Notes: generated by a model not told the origin, from the sequence alone. A stretch of 64,000 nt of DNA from an uncultured delta proteobacterium (GCA_963715335.1 CAVQRZ010000001.1:32001-96000); one strand, 5' to 3'. Positions 52,059-62,993 are shown, numbered from the stretch's first letter. Made by a program: numbers and translations.

Positions 52059-52099
52059 AAAAAACCACCGGCGCCCCTGATCGAGCCTGCCCGTGGTTT
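52059..52099 (-). terminator. Attenuator terminator upstream of aroF
   Basis: AAACCACGGGC...GCCGGTGGTTTTTT on the minus strand. Confidence 0.7.
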
Positions 52100-52124
52100 C
52101 GGTAGTTCTATCGACAGTTCGTTG

Positions 52125-52211
52125 TCAACAGACGTCACCCCGGCCAGGCAGTCCAAAAAAACTGCCGAACCAAAAGGAAAAACCTGCAAACGACCAGCCT
52201 TGATATTTCAT
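52125..52211 (-). CDS. Aromatic-rich leader peptide, 28 aa (MKYQGWSFAGFSFWFGSFFGLPGRGDVC)
   Basis: 6 Phe, 2 Trp and 1 Tyr in the first 19 codons; precedes the terminator and aroF. Confidence 0.85.
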   Translation of the reverse strand: MKYQGWSFAGFSFWFGSFFGLPGRGDVC

Positions 52212-52341
52212 TCCGATGCCACCTTACATAATATGTTGCGGTGCTTCTTGGTAACAAAAAGCAGGGCGGAAAGCAAGGAAAGAATCACTACCTGCTTTTT
52301 CCTTGACATAAACCGCGCTTTTCGTTACAAAACGTTCTTCC

Positions 52342-52417
<76 letters not shown>

Positions 52418-52684
52418 CTAGATAGAAGCCCCCACGATACCGACCGTGGGGGCTTTTTCTTTGCGCGGAAGCTTTCGCGTCACTCACAACTCTTCGGCAT
52501 AACCTTCGTTTTAACCACCGCTACCATGCCCCACGACAACCCATTCTTTTGACTACTTACCTGAACTGAGGTAGATTCTACCTTGACTGCGAGAGGTTAT
52601 GAACGGGGACACCGGATGATATTAAAAACCTGTAAAGACCATAAACGCACCCCGTCCAAACGCAGAGACTCTTCATTGCCAACG

Positions 52685-53125
52685 ATGGCAGCCAGGAGCA
52701 TTGCCATCGCCGTGGCAACCTCTGTTGTCTCCATGCTGGCAGCGCCCCCTGTCTGGGCGGTTCAGACCCATGGTGGGCCAGAGGGCCTGGTTTCCCATCA
52801 AATCGGCCATCTCCTGTTCACCTTCGGCATGGGATATCTGCTCTTCCGTCTTTCCTCGCTACACTCGAAAGGAGGCGGCTGGAGGACGTTTAAAACCTTT
52901 CTCTGGTTGCTTATCGCTTGGAATATAACGACCTTTTCAGGCCACTGGATGGATGAGTTTGTAGCAAAAGAAAAGTTCATTACGGCTCATGGCCTTACCC
53001 TGGCTTTCAAGATCGAAAATCTCCAGGACGCGCTTTATTATCTAACCAGACTCGACCATTTAATTCTGATCCCATCTTTTATTTTCTTACTGCTTACTTT
53101 AAGAAGATGGAGGATGGAGCAATGA
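52685..53125 (+). CDS. Membrane protein translationally coupled to the sensor kinase (start uncertain)
   Basis: Signal-like N-terminus, QTHGGPEGL..HQIGH, several TM helices; ATGA overlap with the kinase. Confidence 0.75.
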   Translation: MAARSIAIAVATSVVSMLAAPPVWAVQTHGGPEGLVSHQIGHLLFTFGMGYLLFRLSSLHSKGGGWRTFKTFLWLLIAWNITTFSGHWMDEFVAKEKFITAHGLTLAFKIENLQDALYYLTRLDHLILIPSFIFLLLTLRRWRMEQ

Positions 53126-54972
53126 ATGCCCCATGGGGTCCTGTCGTCTTCATAGATATTTCTGGTTCAGTTCTGATGCTGGTTATTGCCTGTTGGTGTG
53201 CAGGGCTCGCCTGGCAGCTGACAAAAAAAAGACCTGACGATGCCTTCTTTAACTACCTCTTCCTCTTCACTCTGGCCATCGTTTTTTTTGCCGTGTCCCG
53301 TTCCTTTGGGCATCTGATAAAACAGATATTGCTGCTGAACGACATGGCGGGGATATGGCAGGAGATTTCGCCCTTTAGCGGAGCGGTTAACTCAGTAGCC
53401 TTCGTTGTGATCTTTGCCTTTGGCATCTCTTTCCATCGCTTTCAGAAAGTGCATACGCAAATTGAATATCACAAGAATAACCTGGAAGAGATGATAGCGA
53501 ACCGAACAGAAGAGCTCGAAAAATCCAGGAACACCCTCGAAAACATCTTGAATAACTCCAACCCCATGAATATTACAGGGGTGAATTTTGATCTATTGCA
53601 AGCCAACCAAGCCTATTATTCACTCTGGCCTAGAATTGAAGGTGGCACAGCGACAATCAAATGCTACGAGTCGCGGCATGGAGCGCATTGCGATACTGAT
53701 AATTGTCCTCTTAAGCTGATCATTGAGGGGCATGAAGAGGTCGCACAGGAAGTTTCAAAGAACGTCAATGGATTGATCAAGGACTTTATTGTTACGGCAA
53801 GGCCTTTTCGGGATGTTGATGGTCAATTGATCGGCATGGTCGAAAGCTTTCAGGATATAACCCTCCGCAAACAAGCCGAAAAAGCAATGCGTGAGAGCGA
53901 GGACCGCTTCCGCAAAACCTTCGAGTCAAACCCGGATCCTGTCATCCTTGCCAAATTGGCCGACGGTCGAATTATCGACACGAACAAGGCGTTCGAAGAT
54001 GCGACCGGAATTTCGCGGCTCGATGCCCTCAATCGTAATTCCAAAGAGCTCGACCTCTGGGCCGATCAGGACCAGCGGGAGCCTTTCAGGGAGATGTTGC
54101 AGAACCACGGTGAGGTCAACAATTACGAGGCCAGGTTTCGCGTCAAGGGCGGCCAGATCAAAACCGGCCTGGTTTCAGCCAGCGCCCTCAGTGTCAACGA
54201 TGAGCCGTGCATCCTGCTGGTCATCCGTGACATCACTTCTGAAAAAGCCGCAGAACAAGCCTTGATCGAGATGGATCGGATCAAGAGCGAGTTCATCTCG
54301 ACCGCAGCTCATGAGCTGAACACTCCGCTGAGTACGATGATGGGATACACAGAGCTCCTGCGCAACCCTGAGGAGTTCGGTCACTTCACAGATGAGCAGA
54401 AGCATGATTTCATCAGTGAGATCTACGACAAGGGCGAGGCCCTGAGCCGCATCGTAGCAGACCTTCTGGATATCGGTCGCATAGAGAGAGGCGATCCGAT
54501 CCCACTGGTTTTGCAAGAGATTGATTTAACGGAAGTACTCAGAAAAAAAGTTAAATCTTTCATGACGCAAAACCCGAGCCACATTTTCCAGCTTGAGCTC
54601 CCCAACAAAGCCATAAAGCCCGTGATTATGATAGACCGTCATCGCATTAACCAGGCCCTCGAAAATCTTTTGACTAATGCGGTGAAGTATTCTCCCGAGG
54701 GGAAGGCGATCATTATCAAGGGCAGAGAGCGAGAAGAAGGCTGGGAGGTCAGGATCGAAGATCAGGGGGTCGGCATGAATGCCGAACAGATCAGTCGGAT
54801 TTTTGATAAGTTCTACCGGGCGGATGCATCGAACACAGCGATCAGCGGACTGGGCCTGGGGATGAGCATCGTCAAACAGGTCATCGAGGCCCATAGCGGA
54901 AGCATTCAGATCGAGAGTGTCAAAGGGCAAGGAACGACCGTTATATTCAACCTGCCGTACGCTGTGGGTTGA
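53122..54972 (+). CDS. Membrane PAS-domain sensor histidine kinase
   Basis: N-terminal TM helices, two PAS domains, H-box AHELNTPL, NAVKYS, DQGVG, GLGLG. Confidence 0.95.
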   Translation: MNAPWGPVVFIDISGSVLMLVIACWCAGLAWQLTKKRPDDAFFNYLFLFTLAIVFFAVSRSFGHLIKQILLLNDMAGIWQEISPFSGAVNSVAFVVIFAFGISFHRFQKVHTQIEYHKNNLEEMIANRTEELEKSRNTLENILNNSNPMNITGVNFDLLQANQAYYSLWPRIEGGTATIKCYESRHGAHCDTDNCPLKLIIEGHEEVAQEVSKNVNGLIKDFIVTARPFRDVDGQLIGMVESFQDITLRKQAEKAMRESEDRFRKTFESNPDPVILAKLADGRIIDTNKAFEDATGISRLDALNRNSKELDLWADQDQREPFREMLQNHGEVNNYEARFRVKGGQIKTGLVSASALSVNDEPCILLVIRDITSEKAAEQALIEMDRIKSEFISTAAHELNTPLSTMMGYTELLRNPEEFGHFTDEQKHDFISEIYDKGEALSRIVADLLDIGRIERGDPIPLVLQEIDLTEVLRKKVKSFMTQNPSHIFQLELPNKAIKPVIMIDRHRINQALENLLTNAVKYSPEGKAIIIKGREREEGWEVRIEDQGVGMNAEQISRIFDKFYRADASNTAISGLGLGMSIVKQVIEAHSGSIQIESVKGQGTTVIFNLPYAVG

Positions 54973-55013
54973 GCGATTTTCTATCACCAGTAAAGGACAT
55001 AAATAACGAAACC

Positions 55014-55049
55014 ATCGCCCCTGACAGCAGTTTACTGTCAGGGGCGATC
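55014..55049. terminator. Hairpin between convergent kinase and nrfA genes
   Basis: ATCGCCCCTGACAG..CTGTCAGGGGCGAT. Confidence 0.65.
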
Positions 55050-55071
55050 TCACGAATTCCGCTGAGGATGC

Positions 55072-56574
55072 CTACTGATAGGACACCTTGAAGACCATTC
55101 CTTCTTCTGTTTTTGCGTCAAAAAGCCCTTTTTCTGTTGCCTGCTTCACCCAGCCTTTGCGTAGACCATTCAGGAATTGCATCTTCTCTTCAACCAGCTT
55201 TGCATATGGCATATCGATGATCGCCTGCGCCTTCTCTTTGCTGGAAAAATCCGGGACCATGTAATCACCTGCATTGTATTTGGCGAGGATCAACCGCAGC
55301 TTGATGCGGGCGTCCTGTGCTTTGTTGATAGCACTACCCAAGACCCGCAGGGTCTCCTCCGGAGCGTGGAAGAAAGAACCATGGGCCGCAATGGAAAAAT
55401 CCCAGCGCCACTGACCATGCCGGATATCCTGGAGGGCAAGTTTCATCTCTTCCTCACTGGCACCGAGTTCCCAGGCCTTGGCCGCTTCCAGGTGAGCCTG
55501 TGCCAGAACGCTCATAGCCATACGAGACAACTCATTCTTCCGGTCCAGTTTCCGCTGGACAATATCCTTAAATTCTTTTTCACTTTTGCTGTGACAGTTC
55601 AGACAAGTGTTTTCCATGTCTTCCAGGGGGCTGCGGACGTTGTGCGAGGAGTACTTGACTCCACCCTCGCGGACATAGGGCATGTGGCAATCGGCGCAGG
55701 CCACACCATTCTGACCATGTATCCCGGTGATGAACGTCTCATACCCTGGGTGCTGTGCCTTGAGCATCGGCGCTTTGCTGAGTTGGTGGGTCCAGTCGGC
55801 GAAACCTGCCTGGTCGTAATACGACTCCATTGCTTCCGCCGAAAACCCGTTATCCCAGGGCAGGGTGACCACGACAGCAGTTTTTTTCTCGTTATTGGCA
55901 TCTGTCCAGTCGGTCTTTTTGAAGTAATATTCTACATGGCACTGTGCACAGACCAGACTGCGCATTTCCTGATGGCTGGCATCGGCATATTTCAGACTGC
56001 CTTCGCTGTCGAGCGCCCGTTTCAAATAGTCTCTGGTTACAGTCAATTTCATGGTCTGGTTGTCATGGCAATCAGCGCAGCCGATTGGATTGACGATTTC
56101 GTTGCCGAGACGTGCCCACTTGCCCGTGAAATAATCGAGCTCCCCTTTTTGGTCGATAACTCTCGGCACATCCGGTGATTTGCATGTCCAGCAGGCGGTC
56201 GGCATTGGTCCGCTATTTTCATCCATCGGAGCGCCTGTCCGCAATGTGTTAATGTTATCTTCCAGAGCGTAGTAATGTCCCCTCGGCGCATTGTAATCCT
56301 TGGAAAAACCATAACCTGCCCACATGACGACCAGGGCAGGTTCTGTTTTCAAAACATCGGTGATCTTATCGCTCTTTCTCGTCTCTCGGTAGGAATCGTA
56401 CTCACGCGGAAAATTCTTCCCCCATTCAGCGCTCCGCGATTCAAATTTGGCAATCTTCGGGACGGCATTGATCGCTTCCTGTGCGGCCAGGTTCTCTTTG
56501 ATAGAGAGCCCCAGCAGGAAAAGGGGGATAATTACGACGACAGAAACAATTGTCAGAATGGTCGATTTTTTCAT
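55072..56574 (-). CDS. nrfA: Ammonia-forming cytochrome c nitrite reductase, catalytic subunit
   Basis: CWTCK plus four CxxCH motifs, KAQHP, WRWD, HG.FFHAP. Confidence 0.97.
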   Translation of the reverse strand: MKKSTILTIVSVVVIIPLFLLGLSIKENLAAQEAINAVPKIAKFESRSAEWGKNFPREYDSYRETRKSDKITDVLKTEPALVVMWAGYGFSKDYNAPRGHYYALEDNINTLRTGAPMDENSGPMPTACWTCKSPDVPRVIDQKGELDYFTGKWARLGNEIVNPIGCADCHDNQTMKLTVTRDYLKRALDSEGSLKYADASHQEMRSLVCAQCHVEYYFKKTDWTDANNEKKTAVVVTLPWDNGFSAEAMESYYDQAGFADWTHQLSKAPMLKAQHPGYETFITGIHGQNGVACADCHMPYVREGGVKYSSHNVRSPLEDMENTCLNCHSKSEKEFKDIVQRKLDRKNELSRMAMSVLAQAHLEAAKAWELGASEEEMKLALQDIRHGQWRWDFSIAAHGSFFHAPEETLRVLGSAINKAQDARIKLRLILAKYNAGDYMVPDFSSKEKAQAIIDMPYAKLVEEKMQFLNGLRKGWVKQATEKGLFDAKTEEGMVFKVSYQ

Positions 56575-56598
56575 CAGGTTTCTCCTTGGCGATGAAAT

Positions 56599-57117
56599 CT
56601 AAAGGCTCTTGACACCGAGATTGAAGTCCGCAGCAGTCAAGGCATTCAGCGTCCCGTGGGGTACGGTTCGATGACAGTCCCAACAATTACGGTCTTTTTC
56701 AGGGTTAGCGGTATAGAGGTCGTGGTTTGCCATCATTTGCGAGACCATCTCACTGTGGCATTTCACGCAGTTTGCCTGAATGCGAGCTGCGGCATTATCG
56801 GTAATCATCAGATTGTTGCCGTAATCGCCAAGCGTCATGGCCACCGAATGGTTGAACCCGTCACGTGCTTTGGCGAACCATTTATTGACAAATGAATCGC
56901 TCGGCAGATGGCAATCTGCACAACCCGCAAATTCGCGGTGGGAACTGTGTTGCCACGTCGCATAATGGGTATTCATTGCATGGCAATTGACGCAGACTTT
57001 CGGATCACTCGAGAGATACGAAATCATTCTGGACTGATTGACAACATAGGCAAACATGCCAACCGCTGCCAAGACAGAACAGAGGGCGATGACATTCATA
57101 AGGCTATTTTTTTTCAT
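56599..57117 (-). CDS. nrfH: Cytochrome c nitrite reductase small subunit
   Basis: N-terminal TM helix and four CxxCH motifs; upstream of nrfA. Confidence 0.96.
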   Translation of the reverse strand: MKKNSLMNVIALCSVLAAVGMFAYVVNQSRMISYLSSDPKVCVNCHAMNTHYATWQHSSHREFAGCADCHLPSDSFVNKWFAKARDGFNHSVAMTLGDYGNNLMITDNAAARIQANCVKCHSEMVSQMMANHDLYTANPEKDRNCWDCHRTVPHGTLNALTAADFNLGVKSL

Positions 57118-57486
57118 AGGAAACCCTCACAATCAGGAGACGGGACAGCTCTACGCTGCGCTAAAGTTGGCGCCTGGTAATGTGCGAAATATCATTAATA
57201 GATACTAACTGAAAGCATGCCGGAGTCAAGACTTATCCAAATATTTGTGTTTTGCTTGGCCGCTGGACATACAAGGCAGGGGGAACTTTGCGGCTTGGGG
57301 CAAAGTTTTTAGGGTATTTGGCGTCTACTGTTGAAAAATGAAATTTCTAGGCTCGGGGGGGTCAACTCCAAAATCGGCAGAGAGTATTGAATTTCAAAAG
57401 TCAGGATTTTGAGACTATTGTGAACTGCAACCTGCTATGAGATGAGGACTCTTTACCTCTTTGTGAAGCCTGCATAAAGCCTTTTT

Positions 57487-58089
57487 TTAGAGATACTTCC
57501 TTATCGCCTCCGCCAACTGCTCCGGGGTTTCCTCGTAGAGGAACCGGTAGCGGACCTTGCCCTGTTTGTCGTGGAGAAAGACAGTGGTGGTGTGATTGAT
57601 CGAGTACCAGTTGCTGGTTTGGCCCGGAATGATCATGTAATGAGCATGATAGGCTTTCACAACGTTGTCGATTTCCGCTTTGGTCCCGGACAGGCCGATG
57701 GCATTGACGCCGAAATATTCAACATATTCCTGCAATAGCTTGGGCTTGTCCCGCTCGGGATCGACGGAAATGAACACCGTTCGCACGTGCTCAACCTGCT
57801 CCTTGCTCAGCAGGTTGAATGCACGCTGAAGTTTGGCCAGGGTACTCGGACAGGCATCAGGGCAGGAGGTGTAACCGAAAAACAGCAGGACGATGTTCCC
57901 CCTGAGATCCCGTAGTTGGAAAGCTTCGCCGCTGGTCCCGGTGAGGGTGAAGTTGCCGCTCGGGTTGAAAAGCTGTGCGGGATCTGGCTCTGTCATTTTC
58001 GGGGGATCGGTAAAAAAAGATCCCACGATAACCAGCAAGCAGATGCCGATCCCGGTCAACGCCAATTTTATCAATAGGTTTCTTTTCAC
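57487..58089 (-). CDS. SCO/SenC copper-binding protein
   Basis: FFGYTSCPDACP, ISVDPERD, conserved His; GTG start behind GGAGG. Confidence 0.93.
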   Translation of the reverse strand: MKRNLLIKLALTGIGICLLVIVGSFFTDPPKMTEPDPAQLFNPSGNFTLTGTSGEAFQLRDLRGNIVLLFFGYTSCPDACPSTLAKLQRAFNLLSKEQVEHVRTVFISVDPERDKPKLLQEYVEYFGVNAIGLSGTKAEIDNVVKAYHAHYMIIPGQTSNWYSINHTTTVFLHDKQGKVRYRFLYEETPEQLAEAIRKYL

Positions 58090-58118
58090 GCGTTGCCCTC
58101 CAGCGCGCCCATACCGAA

Positions 58119-58586
58119 TCAGTGGTGGGACATGGGGGGCATCGATCCCCATTTTTTGACGACGGCATCGACCGCTACCGTTGCCCTGTCGGAAAAGTTC
58201 AGCGAGAGCGCGACCGTCTCTCCTTCGACAATCGGCCTGACAAGGCCGATCAGCATGATGTGATAGCCTTTCGGAGCGAGGATCGCCTGCCCGTTGGCAG
58301 GAATACGGAGTTCGCTCACCTCCTTCATTTGCATGATTTCGCCGACCTGTTCCATGGTGTGGATTTGGACGGTCTCTGCGACGTCACAGTCCGCTGATTT
58401 CAGGACGGCATCGTCAGGTCCGGTATTGTGGATTGTCATAAAAGCGGCCGTGGTTGTTGCAGACGGGGGAATGCCGCGAATCCAGGCGTCCTGGACGGTG
58501 ATCCCCTGCGCCCCGGCGTTAGCAATAGACAACAGCAAAAAGACTGTTAAAAAGCACAGGTTTAGAGAGAGCAATTTCACCGGCAT
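58119..58586 (-). CDS. Copper chaperone PCu(A)C
   Basis: Signal peptide, DAWIR, HTM..MQM, P.GYHIML. Confidence 0.93.
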   Translation of the reverse strand: MPVKLLSLNLCFLTVFLLLSIANAGAQGITVQDAWIRGIPPSATTTAAFMTIHNTGPDDAVLKSADCDVAETVQIHTMEQVGEIMQMKEVSELRIPANGQAILAPKGYHIMLIGLVRPIVEGETVALSLNFSDRATVAVDAVVKKWGSMPPMSHH

Positions 58587-59342
58587 TTCCTTTCGAAGAA
58601 ATAAGGTTGCTGTCTGACGCTCAATAATCAAGGGTCAGGATTCTCCCCTTGGGGCAATCGAGGTTAAACAGAATACGCAGAACAAAACCATAGCCCTTTT
58701 CATATACTCTCTCCTTATCTTCATCGGGACAAGTCTTTTTGGCATGGGGCGGCAGGTTGACGACGCTTAACGCGGCTTGCTTGCACGCCAAATTCCACGG
58801 CAATTCATGTGGGATTATTCACAGGTATAGCAGGTCACTTACCACTGTCAATCGAGCTGCAAGTGGTTTCTCCAAACTCTGAGTGAAGGGCGAAGGCTTA
58901 GGGACTTCCTCCCCCTTTTGCGCCGATGTCTACGGATTTGTCTCAGCATAGAGGGGGCAAAATGGGGAGGATTACATAGGGCGCTTAATGTCAACATCTA
59001 TAAAACACGAAAGCTTTCAGTCTTCGGATCGGGGGCTTTGCTTACATTACAGGATCGGCAAGAATGACGTTCTACTTCCATTCGGCATACCTCAACACAA
59101 TCCAGCAGAATTTATAAAAAAGGGCTTTTTTGACTCTACTGATGAAATTATCGCATTTTAGGCTTCGTTGAAATTCAACGATCGATGTTGACAATGTAGC
59201 TTAGAAGTTCTTAGGTAATTCGAGAATGAGTTGCAGCAATAATTATAATGAAGGCCCATCCCAAGTAATTGAGAAGGGCTATTTTTCACTAGAAATAGTG
59301 ACTTATAGAAATGTGGATTTTCTACAGCCTCACCACTAAGTT

Positions 59343-60317
59343 CTAGCTGCGGACCATTTTGTTGGCCCCTTCTCCAACCGGGATAAGAAAAATTGTAGGT
59401 CCGTCGCCGAGGCAGGCGTCGTCTGCCTGCTGGAGCTTGTTCACCTTGATCAGAGACCTTAGTGAATCCACATAAACCTGCCCTCGCTCGGAATACTTTG
59501 TCAACGTGCTCGCAAGATCCAATCCGGTCACCTTGGCACTGGCTTTGCGTAGCGCAGCCCGTCGTTCACGTAGCTTCTCGTATGCTTGATGGGTGTTAAG
59601 ATTGTGCATATAGGCTATAACTGATTGCAATGGCGTTTCGTAGACAGCTATCTTGTAGTTACCCAGCTCGGAGCGCTGTTTCAAGGGCTTAACACCATTG
59701 CCACCCCACGTCCACATGCCGAACAGCGCATTGTGCTCGATGGCAAACCGGGAGGTTCCCCAACCGCTTTCTTCGGCGGCTTGTGCGAGCACAAGGGATG
59801 GTGGCACGGTATCGATACGACGCAGCAGTTTATCCTGAAGTGAGTGATCAGCAAGAGTGTTATTGCCGATGGATACCTTGTATTCCTCAGCTATCTTATA
59901 CAGAAAGGTTTGGTCTTCTTCACTTACAGTTGCACCCGCGCGCAGCTCTTCGATAATAGACGAGACCCGATCCCGATTAGCCTGAATAAGCTCGTTAGAG
60001 TACAGGGCCAGGGGACCAAAGAATTGGAAGAAAACTTGCTTTTTGGTCACGACATCCAGCTCTTTGGAGCTATTGTCGCGCCAGTACGGAGGGATGTCGG
60101 TGAGGTACAGTCTAGGCACCTCTCGGTTGCCAGCCTGCCAATCCTCCGGTTTGTAGTTGAGGTCATTGAAGAGTTGCTCAAGCTGCGAGCTAGAACTAAA
60201 CTCGAAGTGCTCGACCCGTCGGTCAGACTGCACTAAGTTCTTGCAAGAAACAAGGCCCCCGAGAAGGCCGGCCATTGCGATTATTGGCAACATCAATCGC
60301 ACTGTTGCTACCATCAT
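59343..60317 (-). CDS. Glucosaminidase-domain (Bax-like) protein
   Basis: PPSLVLAQAAEESGWGTSRFA..NALFG, NLNTH.AY, YSERG. Confidence 0.9.
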   Translation of the reverse strand: MMVATVRLMLPIIAMAGLLGGLVSCKNLVQSDRRVEHFEFSSSSQLEQLFNDLNYKPEDWQAGNREVPRLYLTDIPPYWRDNSSKELDVVTKKQVFFQFFGPLALYSNELIQANRDRVSSIIEELRAGATVSEEDQTFLYKIAEEYKVSIGNNTLADHSLQDKLLRRIDTVPPSLVLAQAAEESGWGTSRFAIEHNALFGMWTWGGNGVKPLKQRSELGNYKIAVYETPLQSVIAYMHNLNTHQAYEKLRERRAALRKASAKVTGLDLASTLTKYSERGQVYVDSLRSLIKVNKLQQADDACLGDGPTIFLIPVGEGANKMVRS

Positions 60318-60958
60318 AAGTTGATCTTTCCAGTGCTTAGCTTACTTTCTCGTTATTTGTCATCCGACAATATTTCCCCCTGTAACACAAAAAAACTCCA
60401 CAGTCTGAAAGGCCTATGGGGAGAAGATTCTAGTTATCAGGAGTTTTTATTTGAAATGGCTTACTTCAAAAAAATAGGGGTCTTAAACGATTAAGACCCC
60501 GGAGGCAATTTATTTTTCTCAAGACGTTTTAAGATTTCGAGCGTCTTGTTTGGTTGCACTCTAAAGGATAGGGCGTGATAGAAATGTGTAAAAAATGTGA
60601 AATAAACGTGAAAATCTGGATTTTTAGTTTTTCTGACTAATCAAAAAATGCCACCTGTTACCAAGCGGCCATGTTCGTTTGATTAAAAAATCACTAAAGA
60701 GAAATCATTGTCGTGACTGTTGATATTCATTTGGGAAGACAATAACAGGGAAGGAATGCAATTCAACCTTGTTCAATTTCTTGGATACAGAAGTGCAGGT
60801 GGAGAGATTAACACATGACCTTTACTATATGTTATGCAATGGAAGAAAGCCCCCGATGCAAAGATTGAGGACCTTCGCGTTTTATAAATGTTGATTTGCA
60901 GGAGCTTTACTTGGGCTTGGTTCCAGACGCTGGCAATCAGGCCTGTGCAATTTACGCC

Positions 60959-61906
60959 CTAAGCATCGAAAAGATCTCCGGCCATGTATTTCAGCCCAGT
61001 GTCGCAGGCAACAGTAACGACGGACTTGTTTGGGCCGAGTTCGCTTGCAAGATTCACGGCAGCAACAACATTCAATCCCGTAGAAGTTCCTACGAGCAGA
61101 CCTTCCTCCTTAGCAAGTCGCCGACACATCTCACGCGCCTCAGCTTCATCGATTCCACGCGCTTCGTCATAAAGAGTTCTATCAAGTAAAGGTGGCAAAA
61201 AACCTACCCCGAGCCCCTCCACATGGTGCTCCCCAGCCCGACCCTCGGAAAGAACTGGTGAAGAGGCTGGTTCGAGTGCCACAATATGGATTTTGGGATT
61301 GGCACGTTTGAGTACCCTGGCGACACCCATAAGCATGCCGCCAATACCAACACCACCGCAGAACGCATCAATCCCCTGAGGAAATTGCTTTAGGAGTTCC
61401 TCACCAATTTTCTCATAGCCGATTAGCGAATCTTTATTGTTGAACTGATCAGTCATGAAGCTGTCGTCATGTGTTCCCAGCTCCTTAGCACGCGCTATGA
61501 GCATAGGAATCAGATCAGAAGTAATCTTACCGCTGGGGCTATTAATTATATCCAGCTGAGCACCTAGAGCACTCATTGTCTTGAGCTTCTCTGGCGCGAA
61601 TGCATCCGAAGAAACAACGTGGAACTTGTAACCCTTTACGGCACAGACAAATGCAAGAGATGAGCCGGTACTTCCACCAGTGTATTCTACGACGGTCATC
61701 CCTGATTTCAGAGTCCCTCGTATTTCCGCTTGCTCAATCATGGCAAGGGCCATTCGGTCCTTGTACGATCCGGTTGGATTGAAGTACTCCAACTTTACAA
61801 ATACGGCTGCATGCTTTGATGGCACGATGCGTTGCAGCTGAACTACGGGCGTATTGCCAATGGCATCCAGTGCTGACTTAACGGTGGCAGGAGTTGAGAG
61901 AATCAT
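60959..61906 (-). CDS. Cysteine synthase family PLP enzyme
   Basis: IGNTP, KLEYFNPTGSYKDR, EGLLVGTSTG, D.GLKY. Confidence 0.92.
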   Translation of the reverse strand: MILSTPATVKSALDAIGNTPVVQLQRIVPSKHAAVFVKLEYFNPTGSYKDRMALAMIEQAEIRGTLKSGMTVVEYTGGSTGSSLAFVCAVKGYKFHVVSSDAFAPEKLKTMSALGAQLDIINSPSGKITSDLIPMLIARAKELGTHDDSFMTDQFNNKDSLIGYEKIGEELLKQFPQGIDAFCGGVGIGGMLMGVARVLKRANPKIHIVALEPASSPVLSEGRAGEHHVEGLGVGFLPPLLDRTLYDEARGIDEAEAREMCRRLAKEEGLLVGTSTGLNVVAAVNLASELGPNKSVVTVACDTGLKYMAGDLFDA

Positions 61907-62601
61907 TGTGGGCCTCCATGAATTGCTTCTGAGGACGTGTGCGATTTGAGGTTTTGCAGGTGGTCAAAGTATGGATCTTGGAAACAAGGACACCTGGAAA
62001 TTCTTAAATTATAAGCGATCATGAGTCTATGTAAAAAGAGTGAGGGTCTAATTTATCATCCTACATTGTTTTGAAGTGCCCGATTGGCAAAAATCTGAAA
62101 TTCGCGCCGATTCTGGCTTACAAGAAAAAGCCCCACAGCCTGGAGGGGACTGTGGGGCAACTGGTTCTATGGGGTTTTTGGAGGTAGAACACGAAGAAGT
62201 ATGTTCTGGTTGATAGATTACTCTTTTGGTCAGATATGTCAACAGAAAAAACATAACGCGCAAAGAAAACCCACACCCCGCCTTTACCGTTTATGGTATT
62301 TATTGCATAAGATGCTGATAATTAATGGTTTTTATGTTGAGTGGTTTTGCCAGCTTCTCTATGATTGTAGATGCCATACTACTCTCCGCGCACTCTCCTA
62401 GGGAGGATCCGGACCCCAGACGAGCGCGGCCAAAGCAGATCGATCTTTTCAGGCCGCTGTTTTCACGGCCTTGATGATAGTCCACCAGGAATCTTGCCAG
62501 CCCGGCGCCCCCTGGTGAATGAACTTCATCGATATCCCTTGTCGGAGCTTCGGTCTCTGTTGCGGCGCCCCGACCAAGCCTGCGCTGGAGAGGAGGTCAT
62601 T

Positions 62602-62865
62602 ATGGCACTGGTACTTTGTACGGAATGTGGCGAAGAAACCCTGGATCAGCTGACCAATTGTCCGCTATGCAACAAGCCTCTTGCAGAGGAACGACAGCAG
62701 ACCAGCGAAGCGACCAAGCTCCTGATATATGGGGCATTGTTCCTGTGCAGTCTGGCAGCGGCGACGCTCTGCAACACCCTGGGTTACACGAAAATGGCCA
62801 TCGGCTTCAGCATCGTCGGTATTGCCAGCATTGTGGTGGTGATCCTGAAACTGGGCAAGAGCTGA
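62602..62865 (+). CDS. Small zinc-ribbon membrane protein
   Basis: AGGAGG RBS; CTEC..CPLC followed by two hydrophobic helices. Confidence 0.8.
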   Translation: MALVLCTECGEETLDQLTNCPLCNKPLAEERQQTSEATKLLIYGALFLCSLAAATLCNTLGYTKMAIGFSIVGIASIVVVILKLGKS

Positions 62866-62929
62866 GAACAACGGCAAAGGCGCTCAAGAAGCATGGCCAA
62901 CCGCTTCTCCCGATTCTGTTAACCAACCA

Positions 62930-62967
62930 AAAGCGGGCACTTCTTTCAAAGAAGTGCCCGCTTTTTG
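62930..62967. terminator. Bidirectional terminator
   Basis: AAAGCGGGCACTTCTT..AAGAAGTGCCCGCTTTTT. Confidence 0.8.
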
Positions 62968-62993
62968 CTTGTGGTCAGGAATTCGCCGCCAGG

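Noticed and set aside
57205..57225. Sigma54 promoter upstream of nrfH
   Set aside because: The -24 half (CGGCATG) is plausible but the -12 half is poor
58895..58972. Inverted repeat CCTCCCC..TTTTGC / GCAAAATGGGGAGG as IS ends
   Set aside because: Single short occurrence, no transposase or target duplication
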